Shown here: piece after piece, positions 52,500 through 54,060 of the stretch
Layout of the letters: every line of letters begins with the position of its first letter
How positions within the stretch are numbered: the stretch's first letter is position 1
Assembly (NCBI RefSeq): GCF_004010195.1
Contig: NC_057718.1
Coordinates: 54,143,773 to 54,197,832 of the forward strand
Length of the DNA stretch: 54,060 nucleotides
Source: Chiloscyllium plagiosum
Lineage: Eukaryota
Reading direction: 5' to 3'
Made by a program: the position numbers and the translations under genes
Notes under the pieces: model-generated
Database searches by the model: none
Told to the model about the DNA's origin: nothing
Seen by the model: the letters and a program-made list of their open reading frames with translations, nothing else

Positions 52500-52817
52500 G
52501 AAGAAAGTGAGGACTGCAGATTCTGGAGATTAGAGTCAAAAAGTGGTGCTGGAAAAGTACAGCAGGTCAGGCAGCATCCAAGGAGCAGGAGAGTCCACAG
52601 TTCGTATATAAGGTCTTCATCAGAAAAGTGAGGGGGCGGTGGTAAGAGGGCTGAGATATAAATGTGAGTGGGTGGGGCTGGGGCAAGGTAGCTAGGAATG
52701 CAATTGGTGGATGAAGGTGGGGAGGGTGATGGTGACAGGTCAGAGTAGAGAGTGGAGTGGATAGGTGGGAAGGAAGATGGGCAGGTAGGACAGTTCAAGA
52801 GGGCATGCCAAGTTGGA
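52500..52817 (-). mobile_element. Penelope-like element 3' end (C-rich UTR plus decayed hammerhead)
   Basis: Family terminus gaaagtgaggactgcag, then cttcatcag and a purine-rich tract on the + strand. Confidence 0.85.
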
Positions 52818-53201
52818 TTATGATATCCTCTCTTACCATGCTTTTTATCCAATTATGTTCAATAAAGTCTGTTGTTGTTCCCTTGCAAAAGTGTAAATCT
52901 CATTTTACAAAAGGGTAGCAACATCCACCAGACCCACAGAACTTAACCCAAGGGGGGGAAGAGAAGAGCAGTTACAGTAAACCACATGGCTTGCTGAGTG
53001 ATCCAAACCCAAGCTGGGAAAATTGCTCTAATAATCCTCAAAACCACTCTCCTGCCTTTTCCCCATAAACATTGATTCTGTAACTGTTTAAAAATCTCAA
53101 CCTCGAATATGCTTAATGACCCAGACATATTCTGAGATGATGCCCTCTTGTCTTAGGGTGTCCCATATGAGGAAACAACCTTTTCACATCTACACTGTCC
53201 A

Positions 53202-53608
53202 GTCATAGAGTCATAGAGATGTACAGCATGGAAACAGACCCTTCGGTCCAACCTGTCCATGCTGAACAGGTATCCCAACCCAAGCTAGTCCCACCTGCCA
53301 GCACCTGGTCCATATCTCTCCAAACCCTTCCTATTCATATACCCATCCAAATGTTGCAATTGTACCAGCCTCCACCACATCCTCTGGCAGCTCATTCCAT
53401 ATACGTTCCACCCTCTGTGTGAAAAAGTTGCCCCTTAAGTCTCTTTTATATCTTTCCGCACTCATCCTAAACCTATGCCCTCTAGTTCTAGATTCCCCAA
53501 CCACAGGGAAAAAACTTTGCCTATTTACCCTATCCATGACCCTCATAATTTTGTAAACCTCTATAAGGTCACCCCTCAGCCTCCGACGCTCCAGAGAAAA
53601 CAGTCCCA
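53202..53608 (-). mobile_element. CR1 (HER1-like) 3' fragment
   Basis: LFSLERRRLRGDLIEVYKIM; tail (gtcataga)n. Confidence 0.95.
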
Positions 53609-54060
53609 GAGGTAAAAACAATGACTGCAGATGCTGGAAACCAGATTCTGGATTAGTGGTGCTGGAAGAGCACAGCAGTTCAGGCAGCATCCAAGGAGCT
53701 TCGAAATCGACATTTCGGGCAAAAGCCCTTCATCAGGAATAAAGGCAGAGAGAAGAAAATAGAAAAACGCATGCACCTTTCACAATACACAGACTCCCAC
53801 AAGTGTTGGTCACAGATTCTGGATCGGTGGTGCTGGAAGAGCACAGCAATTCAGGCAGCATCCGACAAGCAGCAAAATCGACGTTTCGGGCAAAAGCCCT
53901 TCATCAGAAATAAAGGCAGAGAACCTGAAGCGTGGAAAGATAAGCTAGAGGAGGGTGGGGGTGGGGAGAAAGTAGCATAGAGTACAATAGGTGAGTGTGG
54001 GAGGGGATGAAGGTGATAGGTCAGGGAGGAGAGGGTGGAGTGGATAGGTGGAAAAGGAGA
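53609..54060 (-). mobile_element. Penelope-like element 3' end with partial tandem pseudo-LTR
   Basis: 53642-53752 is repeated at 53813-53923; continues into the purine-rich tract off the window edge. Confidence 0.9.
53876..53911 (-). ncRNA. Minimal hammerhead ribozyme motif (second copy at 53705-53740)
   Basis: auuuCUGAUGAagggcuuuugcccGAAAcGUCgauu; the 53705 copy has GAAAuGUC. Confidence 0.72.

Overview
Eukaryotic, AT-rich, repeat-dominated DNA. The repeat families (HE1 V-SINEs, HER1/CR1 LINEs, Deu-domain SINE, Penelope-like elements) identify an elasmobranch; a carpet/bamboo shark is my inference. I recognise no host protein-coding exon, so this is intronic or intergenic sequence, and almost all listed ORFs are pieces or antisense readings of transposons. 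Main contents: the open 5' end of a CR1 ORF1 (1-370, -); many CR1 fragments; a young 598-bp solo LTR with a 5-bp TSD (6479-7076); a decayed Gypsy element lacking RT (~25440-28330); a full-length but frameshifted L1 with TSD (32618-38415, -); a decayed RTE LINE (~38845-41830, -); and about 12 short Penelope-derived elements carrying minimal hammerhead ribozyme cores. Many of the latter are fold-back hairpins with long TSDs, and one tandem pair has predicted cleavage sites 171 nt apart. The hammerhead-bearing mini-elements are the most interesting system here, although their general class is known. All calls are by eye; boundaries of old elements are approximate.
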